Origin: Candidatus Zixiibacteriota bacterium | GTDB taxonomy: Bacteria; Zixibacteria; MSB-5A5; SM1-73 | Length of the DNA stretch: 36,621 nucleotides | Assembly (NCBI GenBank): GCA_020341875.1 | Contig: CP070839.1 | Span: forward strand, 2,360,001 to 2,396,621 | Direction of reading: 5' to 3' | Shown here: positions 6,588 through 16,657 of the stretch, in pieces | How positions within the stretch are numbered: position 1 is the stretch's first letter | Layout of the letters: every line of letters begins with the position of its first letter | Notes under the pieces: generated by a model | What the model was told of the DNA's origin: nothing | Databases searched by the model: none | What the model saw: the letters and a program-made list of their open reading frames with translations, nothing else | Translations under genes and position numbers: made by a program

Positions 6588-9227
6588 ATGGCCAAGCGAA
6601 AAAACAGAGTAGAAAAGAGCGTCTTAAGTTGGGCGTTTACTGTATCCGTTCTTATTTTCCTCGGTTTTGGCTCGGAAGTTGCGAGAGCAAACGTTGCGCA
6701 GTATCACCAACAGGGGGAGCGGGGAAAAGCTCTCTACAAACTGGCCGCAGATCTGCCCAATCCACAGCAGAGAGTACACCGGGTCGGTCTGGTCAACTTC
6801 TGTGTCACCAACTGGGGGTTCTTTGGAAGCCAGACCCGGGACCTCAAGGAGTCTTTGGGTGGTTGCTTCAACCCTAATCCGGATGAGGAGGTTGACGCTC
6901 CCTCCTGCGAGTATCCCCCGGGATCCGACATCGACTATCTTTTCCAGGGAGGGTTGTGGATAGGAGCGATGGTGGACGGCTACCCTTACGTGTCGGTCGG
7001 ATGCGACGGTTGGTTCTGGATTCACGAGTTCTGGCCAGAGGCAGGGGAAGAGGGTGCCATACGGGAGGCGAGTACTCGATCGAACGTCTCCTGCTACTCG
7101 CCGGAAGCCGTCTCCGAGCAGGACATCATAGCAGTCTATACCGACACCTCGGCCGACATTCCACTCTCTCCAGATGATCCGGCCACGGTCGATTTCGATA
7201 AGCGCAAGCATTTCCCCCTGGGTCTTCAGATCACCCAGAAGAGCTACTCCTGGAGCTACGAATACGCCGAAGATTTCGTGCTCATAGACCTGTGGGTCAA
7301 AAACATCGGGGTGAAGAGAATAGAGGACGTCTACATGGGACTCTACATCGATGCCGACTGTGCGCACAAGGACGAAAACCCCTACGGCCCGTTCGGCGCT
7401 CAAGACGATATCTGCGGCTTCCGGAGGGTGGTGGGCGACCCGGGAGCTGAGTGGGATTGCTCCGATACGGTGAACTTAGCCTGGATAGCGGATAACGATG
7501 GACATGGGGTGGCCGGTGAGAAAATCTTCACCCAGGTGAGTCCTATCGCAGTTACCGGCGCCCGGGTAGTGAGATCACCCAGGGCGCTTGACTATTCTTT
7601 TAACTGGTGGATCTCCAATCAGGGGGGGTATCCCAAGGACTGGAGTCCGTGGAGGCGCGAAAGTCTAAACAGGTGGCGCGAGTTTAACATCTGCTATCCG
7701 GAGGTGCAGAACACCTTTCCGGATGGTGTGATGGGCACTCCGGGAGGAGATTGCTCCAAGTACTTCGTCCTGTCCAATAACGAGTTTGACTACGACCAGA
7801 TCTTCTCCTGCATCGCGCCGGATGAGGACCCGGACTGGCTGGAGGCCAGCCCGGAGTGCGACGATTTGGCGGACGGATATGATACCCGCTATCTGATGTC
7901 CTTCGGCCCCTTTGATCAGATTGCTCCGGGGGAGTCGCTGGTGGTCACCATCGGTTATATTGCCGGGGCGGATTTTCATCAGGAGCCGGACAACTGGACC
8001 AATCCTCCGGGCAAGACCCCGGATCAGGTTTATGCCGGCTTCAACTTCGCCGATTTTGAGACCAATGCCAAGTGGGCGGCTTTCGTGTATGACAATCCGG
8101 AGCTGCCCAACCTGCCCTGTGGAGACGGTGTGCCGGACTTTAGGGGCCCGCCGCCGCCGCCGTCTCCGGAGTTGCAGTTTGAGACCAGCAAGGGTAGGGT
8201 AAAGGTCAAGTGGAACGGCAAGTATACCGAGAAGTCCCGGGATTCCTTCAACAATCGCCAGGACTTTGAGGGCTACCGGATCTACCGGAGTCGCACCGGA
8301 GCGATTGAGGATTATGCTCTCCTGGGTTCCTATGACAAAGCAGATTTCAAGATTTACAGGCTTAACCGGAACAAGGAGAGACGGCCCTGGGAGTGGAGGG
8401 CGGCCTCAGTCAGCTTAGATTCCCTTAAGTCATGGTTGGATGAGAGGGGCGATGGTGGTGCCGTGATCGGGGATGATCCCACCGTGTGGACCAAGGATCG
8501 CCCCTTTGTGATCGAGGAAGTGCATCCACCCTTCTACATTCATTTGTCCGACTCCATAGACGTGGACTTGAGCTACGCGGTGACTTTCGACTCCATCAAG
8601 CTGGAGAGTTACGACTCTTTGTATTTCGAAGCCCAGGACTGGAACATCGGCTTTGATGCCGTAATCGCCGACACGGCATATCGGAACCTGGTGGATCGTA
8701 CCTCGCCTGCCGACACCTTGGATCGCTATTGGGATTATGAGTACGAGCTGGGCGAATTTGCCTCGCAGTCGGTTCACTATGCGGTTACGACCTTTGACGT
8801 GGGCGATCCCCAGACCGGTCTTCAGGCCCTGGAATCATCCAAGCTGATCAATGCCACCGAGGTATGGCCGGTGGACAACTGGGAGACGGTCGAAGCGGAG
8901 GGTCTGAAGGTGATGGTCTATCCCAACCCTTATCGCATAGACGGAGGCTACGTTGCCGATAAGTACGAGCCGGGAGGCATTTACGGGAAGCGAATAAGGT
9001 TTGTGAACCTGCCTCCCCGATGCACCATCAGGATATATTGTCTGGACGGTGACCTGGTGCAGACTTTACACCACGAGAGGAATCGAGACGACCTCGATGC
9101 TACCATTGACCAGTGGGATCTAATCTCCCGCAACAGGCAGGCGGTGGTATCCGGGATCTATCTTTTCAGCGTGGAGGACAAGGATACCGGAGAAAACCAG
9201 GTAGGGAAATTCGTGATTCTGAAGTAG
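6588..9227 (+). CDS. Large secreted protein of unknown function with T9SS-type (FlgD-Ig-like) C-terminal sorting domain
   Basis: 879-aa ORF. GGAGG lies 8 nt upstream of the ATG. The N-terminus has a basic segment followed by a hydrophobic signal (WAFTVSVLIFLGFGSEVARA). The C-terminal ~100 aa, VYPNPY...IRFVNLPPRCTIRIYCLDGDLVQTL...WDLISRNRQAVVSGIYLFSV...GKFVILK, fits the T9SS type A CTD pattern. I saw no catalytic motif such as HExxH. Confidence 0.75.
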   Translation: MAKRKNRVEKSVLSWAFTVSVLIFLGFGSEVARANVAQYHQQGERGKALYKLAADLPNPQQRVHRVGLVNFCVTNWGFFGSQTRDLKESLGGCFNPNPDEEVDAPSCEYPPGSDIDYLFQGGLWIGAMVDGYPYVSVGCDGWFWIHEFWPEAGEEGAIREASTRSNVSCYSPEAVSEQDIIAVYTDTSADIPLSPDDPATVDFDKRKHFPLGLQITQKSYSWSYEYAEDFVLIDLWVKNIGVKRIEDVYMGLYIDADCAHKDENPYGPFGAQDDICGFRRVVGDPGAEWDCSDTVNLAWIADNDGHGVAGEKIFTQVSPIAVTGARVVRSPRALDYSFNWWISNQGGYPKDWSPWRRESLNRWREFNICYPEVQNTFPDGVMGTPGGDCSKYFVLSNNEFDYDQIFSCIAPDEDPDWLEASPECDDLADGYDTRYLMSFGPFDQIAPGESLVVTIGYIAGADFHQEPDNWTNPPGKTPDQVYAGFNFADFETNAKWAAFVYDNPELPNLPCGDGVPDFRGPPPPPSPELQFETSKGRVKVKWNGKYTEKSRDSFNNRQDFEGYRIYRSRTGAIEDYALLGSYDKADFKIYRLNRNKERRPWEWRAASVSLDSLKSWLDERGDGGAVIGDDPTVWTKDRPFVIEEVHPPFYIHLSDSIDVDLSYAVTFDSIKLESYDSLYFEAQDWNIGFDAVIADTAYRNLVDRTSPADTLDRYWDYEYELGEFASQSVHYAVTTFDVGDPQTGLQALESSKLINATEVWPVDNWETVEAEGLKVMVYPNPYRIDGGYVADKYEPGGIYGKRIRFVNLPPRCTIRIYCLDGDLVQTLHHERNRDDLDATIDQWDLISRNRQAVVSGIYLFSVEDKDTGENQVGKFVILK

Positions 9228-9263
9228 AGAAGCGGGACCGGTCCTCGTATTCTTGAAGCTATT

Positions 9264-9313
9264 CGCGGTTGCTGCAGGGCATCACTCGCTGCAGCAACCG
9301 CGGTTTCTTTTGT
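9264..9313 (+). terminator. Rho-independent terminator between convergent genes
   Basis: CGCGGTTGCTGCAG (9264-9277) pairs perfectly with CTGCAGCAACCGCG (9289-9302) over 14 bp. GTTTCTTTTGT follows. Confidence 0.8.
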
Positions 9314-9424
9314 GTCGCCAATTGCGTTCTTGGTCTACAACCTCACATTCTCCATAGTAGCATGACCCCAGTCGACCGCTGCATTCTCGGATTAGCGATC
9401 GCCGGCAGACTCAAGGCTGAGGGC

Positions 9425-12400
9425 TTATTTCTTAACCGGATACTTGGGTCTTCCCGGCAGCTTCTTGGGCTCCTCTTTCAGTTTCTTCATCACTTCCTGA
9501 ATCGCCCTGTCCAGCTGGGGGTCCTCTCCTTTGATCACCAGATCGGGCCGATTATCCACCTCTATGTCCGGGTCCACTCCGTAGTTCTCCACGTCCCATT
9601 GACCCTCCAGGTTCATGAAGGCGAATTCCGGAACGGTGACGTAACCTCCATCCATGAGCGGCACTCCGCGGGAGATGCCCACCAGCCCGCCCCAGGTGCG
9701 CTTGCCGATCAAGGGACCCAAACCGAGTTCCCGGAAGTAGTAAGGAAATGCGTCCCCACCGGAGCCTGCGTCTTCATTGATTACACAAGCCATATGTCCG
9801 TGTAGGGCAACACTGGGCGTCCTCCCCAGCAGTCCCTCGCGGCGGGACCAGAGGCTAAGGATCTTCCTCTGAAGATGCTCCATGAACATATCCGGAATCA
9901 TCCCGCCGCCGTTATATCGCACGTCCACAATAAGTCCTTCCTTCCGGGCCTGGGCGAAGAAGGCCCGGGAGAACTCGTTCAAACCCCATATGCTGGTGTT
10001 GGGCACGTGAATGTAACCCACCCTCCCATCGGTGGCCTCTTCGACCCTCTTGCGATTGGTCTCCACCCAGTCGAGATAGCGCAGTTGGTACTCCGAACCG
10101 GCCGGCTTGAGGGTCAGCTCCCGAGCGCCTTCAGTCGAGGGCTTGTCATTCACCTTGATCTTGACCTGCTTGCCGACCGTCTTCTCGAAATACTGGTACG
10201 GATTGGCCGGATATCGCACCTCTTCGCCATTCACCGCAATCAGGTATTCTCCCTCTTGAACCACCACGCCCGGCTCGGTCAGGGGTGCCCTCCGGTCATC
10301 CTTCCAGTTTTCACCTTTGTATATTTTCTTAAACCGATAGAAGCCGCTGGCCTTGTCAGGCTCGAAGTCCGCGCCCAGAAGCCCCACGTTTACCGCCTTG
10401 CTTCTTGGCATCTTGCCCCCTCCCACGTACGTGTGAGAGGTGGTCAGCTCTCCTATCAGTTCTCCCAGCAGGTAGGTGAGATCCCATCTGTGGGCAGCGT
10501 GAGGCAGGAGTTGTCCGTACTTCTTCTTCATCCCGGCCCAGTCGACCCCGTGCATGTCCGGATCATAGAAAAAGTCCCGCTCCAATCGCCAGGCCTCGTT
10601 GAACATCTGCTCCCACTCACCTTGCGGGTCCACCTTCATCTCCATCCCCGAGGTCGCGAGCTTGCCGTCGCCCACCTTGTTGCTTCCCTTCTTGGCATCG
10701 ATGATTCCGAAAGTGCCCCCGCTGCTGTAGATTATCTTCTCCCCGTTGGGGGAGATATCATAGCCGTTGATCCCGGAGATGAGGGTATGTTCCTCCCTCT
10801 CCTCCATATCGAACATGTGCAGCTCGTTCTGTCCCCCGGAGCCTCCTCTCTGACGGATGGCCGGCATGGCCAGGTAGAACAGCTTGCCTTTTTCGGCTTT
10901 GAGGGCGGTGTAATTCCCGGATTTGATCGGCACCCCCACCACCCGCTGGTCGATACCTTCAAAATCGATCTGGATCTCCTCGTCCTTATCTTCGTCGTCG
11001 TCCTTCTTCTTGTCCTTGTCTTTGTCGTTATCCTTCTCCTCCTCGTCTTCCTTCTCCTCGTCCTCCTCCACCTCCTCCTCGTCGCTCTCCGGTGCAAAGG
11101 GAGAAAGGCTGTCCGCCTGAAGGGTCACCAGATATAGGCTTCTGACGTTGCGGTAGACGTAATCGGAGCGTTCGAAATCGCCGAAGGTGGGACTAAAGGT
11201 GCGAGCGGATACAAAATATAGATATTTGCCTTCTGGATCAAAGGCCGGACGAAAATCGTCGGTCAAATCGTCGGTGATCCGATGAACCTTTCCCTTATCC
11301 AGGGAGTAAAGATAAACAGACGCGAAGTAGGCAGGATTGTTCTTGGAATAGGCGATCCACTTGCTGTCGGACGACCAGACGTAATCATGAATCTCCGAGA
11401 CCTCAGCCCTGTCCACCAGCACCGGTTCCTTCTTCTCGATATCCACATAAAAGAGGCGAAGCTTCTTGTCCGAATAGAGCAGCTTCTTGCTGTCGGGAGA
11501 CCAGACCGGAGAGAAACGATAACACTCGCCGTCGAAGGTTATACGCTCCTCTTCCCCCGTGCCATCCTGGGGCCTTATGTATAGCTCATATTCTCCGGTT
11601 CGCTCCGAGAGGTAGGCTACCCACTTTCCGTCCGGAGACCAGGTGCCCATGATCTCGCGTATCACCGGTGTCTGAGTCAGATTCCGAACCTCTCCTTTTT
11701 CCTCCGGCACGGTGAACACCTCGCCCCGGGCGGTGAAGACCGCCCTCTTGCCAGAGGGAGAGAGGTTGTAGGTGCGAACCAGATCGCCCACCTTCTCCCA
11801 GGTCGGCCGGGTCAGGATGCGCTCTGCTGGAACATCCACTGTGATCTTCTTGGTCTCTTCAGTGAGGAGATCCAGGACGTAGAGATAGCCCCCGTTCTCA
11901 TAGACGATGGCGTCGGGACCCAGGCTGGGCCATTTGACGTCATATTCCTTGTGGTTCGTGATCTTCCGGGTCTGCTTGGTTTTAATGTCATAACAGTAAA
12001 TGTTGAGCCTTTGTTCCCGGTCCGAGTTGAAGTAGATTTTGTCCTCATGCCACATGGGCATATTGTCTGTTCCCTTCCAGTCGGTGATCTTTTCGACCGC
12101 GTTCGTTTTCAGGTCGTAAATCCATATATCCTGCGCCCTTCCCACGTAATAGCGTTTCCAGGTGCGGAATTCCCGGAGATTTCTGTTGTAGGCCAGCCTG
12201 CTCCCGTCTGGAGAAAGGGAGGCCAAGCCGGACTCCGGGACCTTCAGGGCTTCAGGAAAACCACCATCCACGCTGATTTTAAACAGCTTGATTGCCGGGA
12301 ATGCTTCTCGAGCAGACCGAAACAGGATTTCCTTCCCGTCGGGATACCAGTCGACAACCCAGTCATCCAGGGTCAGCCCACCTGACGGCTGTCCCCTGCT

Positions 12401-12724
12401 GGGGCAGTAGGTTAGCCGGCGAGGCTCTCCACCCTCGGCCGGCATCACGTACACGTCTCCGTTGCCGTCGTATGCCGCGGTGAAGGCTATTAGTTTGCCG
12501 TCCGGCGAGAATTTGGGAAAGGCCTCGTATCCATCAAATGAGGTCAGCCTTCGCGCCAAACCGCCAGCGGAGGACACCGTCCACAGATCTCCACCGTAGA
12601 CAAAGGCGATTCGTTCGCCGTGAATGTCAGGGAAACGTAAAAGACGGGTCTCCTCTGCGAAGCCAGCGGTAACCAGGAGAAGGCCCAGCACCAATCCAAT
12701 CACGAAAACTCTACAGCTTTTCAT
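9425..12724 (-). CDS. Tricorn protease homologue A (S41-family, beta-propeller/PDZ/peptidase), signal-peptide bearing
   Basis: 1099-aa ORF. The N-terminus has a signal peptide followed by LLRFPDIHGERIAFVYGGDLWTV..GG.ARRLTS, typical of tricorn homologues. Tol/WD-like propeller repeats are present (SPDGK..AY). The C-terminal S41 core reads DVRYNGGG...INEDAGSGGDAFPYYF...RTWGG. AGGAG Shine-Dalgarno is present. Confidence 0.88.
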   Translation of the reverse strand: MKSCRVFVIGLVLGLLLVTAGFAEETRLLRFPDIHGERIAFVYGGDLWTVSSAGGLARRLTSFDGYEAFPKFSPDGKLIAFTAAYDGNGDVYVMPAEGGEPRRLTYCPSRGQPSGGLTLDDWVVDWYPDGKEILFRSAREAFPAIKLFKISVDGGFPEALKVPESGLASLSPDGSRLAYNRNLREFRTWKRYYVGRAQDIWIYDLKTNAVEKITDWKGTDNMPMWHEDKIYFNSDREQRLNIYCYDIKTKQTRKITNHKEYDVKWPSLGPDAIVYENGGYLYVLDLLTEETKKITVDVPAERILTRPTWEKVGDLVRTYNLSPSGKRAVFTARGEVFTVPEEKGEVRNLTQTPVIREIMGTWSPDGKWVAYLSERTGEYELYIRPQDGTGEEERITFDGECYRFSPVWSPDSKKLLYSDKKLRLFYVDIEKKEPVLVDRAEVSEIHDYVWSSDSKWIAYSKNNPAYFASVYLYSLDKGKVHRITDDLTDDFRPAFDPEGKYLYFVSARTFSPTFGDFERSDYVYRNVRSLYLVTLQADSLSPFAPESDEEEVEEDEEKEDEEEKDNDKDKDKKKDDDEDKDEEIQIDFEGIDQRVVGVPIKSGNYTALKAEKGKLFYLAMPAIRQRGGSGGQNELHMFDMEEREEHTLISGINGYDISPNGEKIIYSSGGTFGIIDAKKGSNKVGDGKLATSGMEMKVDPQGEWEQMFNEAWRLERDFFYDPDMHGVDWAGMKKKYGQLLPHAAHRWDLTYLLGELIGELTTSHTYVGGGKMPRSKAVNVGLLGADFEPDKASGFYRFKKIYKGENWKDDRRAPLTEPGVVVQEGEYLIAVNGEEVRYPANPYQYFEKTVGKQVKIKVNDKPSTEGARELTLKPAGSEYQLRYLDWVETNRKRVEEATDGRVGYIHVPNTSIWGLNEFSRAFFAQARKEGLIVDVRYNGGGMIPDMFMEHLQRKILSLWSRREGLLGRTPSVALHGHMACVINEDAGSGGDAFPYYFRELGLGPLIGKRTWGGLVGISRGVPLMDGGYVTVPEFAFMNLEGQWDVENYGVDPDIEVDNRPDLVIKGEDPQLDRAIQEVMKKLKEEPKKLPGRPKYPVKK

Positions 12725-13106
12725 GACTCGACTCCTACTTTTTGGGGGGTTAAAGGGATAGTCAACGGGTTTGACTTTCTCGAGGGACGATTCTTGAAGC
12801 GTGATAGATCACGTCATCCACGAAGTTAGCTTAATCATCGGCTTCTGCAAGTTAATCTCGGAACGCAACCTGGTCAACTCTTTTATACAGGGTTTCCCGC
12901 GAAAACGTTTAACTTTTCTTGCTCGAAGGGCTGCCTGTCGAAGACGTGCAGTGAGACTTCAGTAAACTGGTCCCATCCCGATGTTGAGGTCGGCGTGAAT
13001 GCAGGAGGCGAGGCCTAATATGCTCGAATGATCGACTCGGTCAAGCCAGCAAGTCTCTCGCCCCTCTCAGATCATCGTCAAGCGGAGGACCGGGGAAAGA
13101 CTTTTG

Positions 13107-16100
13107 TCAGTCGCGCACTGGATAAGCAGGTCTTTCCGGGAGCTTCTTGGGATCCTCCTTGAGTTTCTGCATGATTACTTCGATTGCCTTCTCCAATTGG
13201 GGATCACGGCCCAAGACTACCTGATCCGGCAGATTATCCAACTCGATGTCGGGGTCCACTCCGTAGTTCTCCATTATCCACTCGCCCTCCATGCCGAAAG
13301 CGCCATATTCCGGCACGGTGACGTACCCTCCGCCCAAAAGGGCAGGAAATCCGCGGATGCCCACCACGCCTCCCCAGGTACGCCTGCCGATTACCGGACC
13401 CAATCCATACTCCCGGAAGAAGTAGGGGAAGTTGTCTCCATCGGATGCGGAATACTGGTTGGCAATGCAGACCATGTGTCCATAAAGGGCGCCGCCAGGG
13501 TAGGTGTAATCACCGGCGTTTCGTGTGCAGCCCATTCCCACCACGTCGCGCCGCAGTCTCTCCAGGATCATCTCTGAGACAAATCCCCCTCCGTTGTATC
13601 GCACGTCAACAATCAGCCCCTCCTTCTTGATTTGGGGGAAGAAGGACTCGGAGAACTCATTTAATCCTCCTCCTCCCATATCAGGAATAAAGATGTACCC
13701 CACCCTACCTCCGGTGGCGTCTTCCACCTTGCGGCGGTTCTCCTCCACCCAGTATCTGTATCTCAACTGATACTCGCTCTCAATCGGCTTGACCGTCACC
13801 TCGCGGGCATCTTCTAAGGATGGCTTCGAGTTCACCTTGAGGGCAACCGTCTTTCCCACGGTGTTTTCAAACAGGCTGTAAGGATTGGCGGGATACTGCA
13901 GCACTCTGTTATCGACAGCCAGAATATAATCTCCCGGATTTATGTCCACTCCCGGTTCTGTTAAAGGGGAGCGCAGCTTTTCCTTCCAGTTCTGCCCGGG
14001 ATAGATCTTTTTGATCCGGTAAAATCCGGAAGCGGGGTCCGTTTCCCAGTCAACGCCCAACAGACCGGTCTTGACCAAATCGATTCTTGTTCCCTCTCCT
14101 CCCGCAATGTAGGTATGGGAGCAGCAAAGCTCGCCGATCATCTCTCCCAGCATGTAATTTAGGTCACTTCTGTGTGCCACGTGGGGAAGAAGCTCTCCGT
14201 ACCTGGAGCGCATCAAGTTCCAATCCGTGCCGTGCATGTTAGGCGCGTAGAAGAAGTCGCGTTCGCGCCTCCAGACCTCGTAAAACACCTGCGCCCACTC
14301 CTCGCCCCGATCCAGCCGCATCTCCATCCGATCCAGTTTCAGAGCACCGTCACCCACCTTGGGAGTAGCTGATGTGACGTCCATCACCCCGAACTGTTTT
14401 CCGCTCTTATAGATGATCTTTTCGCCGTCTGGTGAAAGGTCGTAGCCATCTACCGGGGATAGAAAAACCTGGTCCTTTCTCTCTCCTAAGTCGAACAGGT
14501 GCAGCTTGCCCTTGGGGCCGGGCTTTCTTCCGGTGAGGGTCCGGGAGGGGAACGAAAGATAGAAGATCTTCTCCTCGCCTGCCCGGAGTCCGTAGAAATT
14601 TCCCGGATCTGTGGGTACGGCCACCACGCGCTGTTCAATCCCTTCGATATCGATCTCAATCTCCTCCACCACCTCGGGCTTCTTCTCCTCCCTTTCCTCT
14701 TTTTTCTCTTTCCACTTCTTCCATTTCTCTGCAGGAGACTCCGCCTCATCGCTTTGCGGAGCGAAGGGAGACAGGCTGTCTGCCTGAAGGGTCACTGCAT
14801 AGATCTTGGTCATATTGTTGTAGGTGAAGGTGGGATCAAAATGACCCATCTGGGGGTTAAAGTCCCGATTGGACAAGAAGTAGAGATACCTCCCTTCAGG
14901 ATCAAAGACCGGCTCGTGGTCGTCGGTGAAGTCCTCAGTCACCCGGTGGATCTTTTTCTCGTCCAGAGAATAAAGAAAGATAGACGAGAGATTGTTCTTG
15001 GCAGGCTTGGCATAAGCGATCCACCTGCTGTCGGCCGACCAGGAATAATCTCTGATCTCCCAGTTCCTGGTGCTGTCCACCAGAACAGTCTCTTTCTCCT
15101 CGACGTCCACGTAATAGAGTTTCAGGTTCTTGTCCGCAAAGAGAAGCTTCTTGTTATCCGGCGACCAGACCGGGGCAAAACGGTAGCAGTGTCCATCTGT
15201 GGTTATCCTTATCTCTTGCCCTTTTCCGTCTTGCGCAGTGACGTACAACTCGTCCTCACCGGTCTTGTCGGACATGTAAGCGATCCATTTCCCGTCAGGT
15301 GACCAGGTCGGGTTCTTCTCCCGGCTGCCGCTGGTATTGGTGAGATTTCTGGTGTTCCCTTTCTCCGCAGGGACGGTAAATATCTCTCCTCGTGCTGCAA
15401 AGAGCGCCCGCTTGCCGCCTGGAGAGAGAGTGTAGTCGGAAATGTGATCCTTGACCGAGACAAACTCCGGTCGAAGCAGAACCTTATCGTGCGGAATCTC
15501 GACCGAGATCTTCTTCGTCTTTTCCGCTTCAAGATCGAGCAGATAGAGATAGCCCCCATTTTCGTAAACGATCGATTCAGGCCCCGCACCTGGCCATTTC
15601 ACATCGAAGTCACTATGGTTGGTGATCTTTCTGGTCTGCTTGGTATCGAGTTCATGGCAGAAGATATTGGCTGTGTGATCCCGGTCTGAGGTAAAGAAGA
15701 TTTTGTCCCGGTGCCACATGGGCGAGGTGTCGGTTCCTTTGTCATCGGTAATCTGCTGAACGGTATTCGCGTTGAGATCATAGACCCAGATGTCCTGCGC
15801 CAACCCTCCCCGGTATCGCTTCCACGTGCGGAAATTGCGGAAGATACGATTGTACGCTATCTTGCTGCCATCTGGCGAGAAGGAGGTGAGGCCGGCCTCG
15901 GGCAGCGGCATCCGTTCCGGGAAACCTCCCTCCACTCCGATCAAGAAAAGAGTCTGAAACCAGCTGTTGTAGCTTTCCCGCGCGGAACGGAACAAGACTC
16001 TTTTCCCATCCGGATGCCAGTCCAGTACCATATCGTCGTACCCGTGCCTGTCGGCCAGGTTCTCGAATCCCGGCCTGTAGGTCAGCCTCTTCGGTTCACC

Positions 16101-16394
16101 ACCTTCGACCGGAATCACGAACACGTCGGTGTTTCCATCGTACTGCCCGGTGAATGCAATCATCTTGCCGTCGGGAGAGAATTTGGGGAACAACTCTGCG
16201 CCCACATCAGAGGTGAGCCTTCGGGCCATCCCTCCCTCAGCCGGGACCAGCCATAGATCCTCCCCGTACACAAAGACGATCTTGTCCTTGTGAACGTCCG
16301 GGAAGCGCATGAGCCGAGCTTCCTCGGCTTGCGCAACGGTCAGTGCAAAGGCGCCGATTATGAGGAAAATGAGACCAATGCTTAGGTGTCGCAA
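13107..16394 (-). CDS. Tricorn protease homologue B (tandem paralogue), signal-peptide bearing
   Basis: 1095-aa ORF that is collinear with paralogue A along its full length. TTG start at 16394 is preceded by AAAGGAGG. The motifs are RFPDVHKDKIVFVYGEDLWLV, DVRYNGGG and ANQYSASDGDNFPYFF...RTWGG. Confidence 0.88.
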   Translation of the reverse strand: MRHLSIGLIFLIIGAFALTVAQAEEARLMRFPDVHKDKIVFVYGEDLWLVPAEGGMARRLTSDVGAELFPKFSPDGKMIAFTGQYDGNTDVFVIPVEGGEPKRLTYRPGFENLADRHGYDDMVLDWHPDGKRVLFRSARESYNSWFQTLFLIGVEGGFPERMPLPEAGLTSFSPDGSKIAYNRIFRNFRTWKRYRGGLAQDIWVYDLNANTVQQITDDKGTDTSPMWHRDKIFFTSDRDHTANIFCHELDTKQTRKITNHSDFDVKWPGAGPESIVYENGGYLYLLDLEAEKTKKISVEIPHDKVLLRPEFVSVKDHISDYTLSPGGKRALFAARGEIFTVPAEKGNTRNLTNTSGSREKNPTWSPDGKWIAYMSDKTGEDELYVTAQDGKGQEIRITTDGHCYRFAPVWSPDNKKLLFADKNLKLYYVDVEEKETVLVDSTRNWEIRDYSWSADSRWIAYAKPAKNNLSSIFLYSLDEKKIHRVTEDFTDDHEPVFDPEGRYLYFLSNRDFNPQMGHFDPTFTYNNMTKIYAVTLQADSLSPFAPQSDEAESPAEKWKKWKEKKEEREEKKPEVVEEIEIDIEGIEQRVVAVPTDPGNFYGLRAGEEKIFYLSFPSRTLTGRKPGPKGKLHLFDLGERKDQVFLSPVDGYDLSPDGEKIIYKSGKQFGVMDVTSATPKVGDGALKLDRMEMRLDRGEEWAQVFYEVWRRERDFFYAPNMHGTDWNLMRSRYGELLPHVAHRSDLNYMLGEMIGELCCSHTYIAGGEGTRIDLVKTGLLGVDWETDPASGFYRIKKIYPGQNWKEKLRSPLTEPGVDINPGDYILAVDNRVLQYPANPYSLFENTVGKTVALKVNSKPSLEDAREVTVKPIESEYQLRYRYWVEENRRKVEDATGGRVGYIFIPDMGGGGLNEFSESFFPQIKKEGLIVDVRYNGGGFVSEMILERLRRDVVGMGCTRNAGDYTYPGGALYGHMVCIANQYSASDGDNFPYFFREYGLGPVIGRRTWGGVVGIRGFPALLGGGYVTVPEYGAFGMEGEWIMENYGVDPDIELDNLPDQVVLGRDPQLEKAIEVIMQKLKEDPKKLPERPAYPVRD

Positions 16395-16657
16395 CTTTGC
16401 CTCCTTTAACTGATGTGGCTAATTACTCATGGAAAGTCGAATCTGATCATTTATCCGTGCTCTTGCTCGATCCTGCCTTCGTTCACGAAAGCCAAAACCG
16501 GTTGTCGCCAGCCCCGAAGCCGACACGGCGTTAAAAAGAAATTTACTCAATTGATCCGATTTGGCAAGCCAATTTTTGCCATCATTCTGCTTGACAAAGG
16601 AGGGCTTAGCCATAGATTTTCGAATATCACATCTTCAAATTCACGAGGAGGGACGTC

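Noticed and set aside
9395-9402. GCGATCGC (cyanobacterial HIP1-type palindrome)
   Set aside because: It occurs only once in the window, so it has no significance.
9875-11137. 420-aa plus-strand ORF, together with 11282..11584, 11951..12385, 13104..13577, 14499..15302 and 15711..16256, all antisense to the tricorn genes
   Set aside because: These are shadow ORFs opposite long, strongly motif-supported minus-strand genes. Their composition is biased (L/H/R/P/V-rich), and they have no Shine-Dalgarno and no recognisable motifs.
16555-16585. Sigma-54-like TTGGCAAGCCAATTTTTGCC upstream of the outer-membrane barrel gene
   Set aside because: The GG to GC spacing is 13 nt rather than the required 10. 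A sigma-70-like TTGACA-N16-TAGATT at 16590-16617 explains transcription better.
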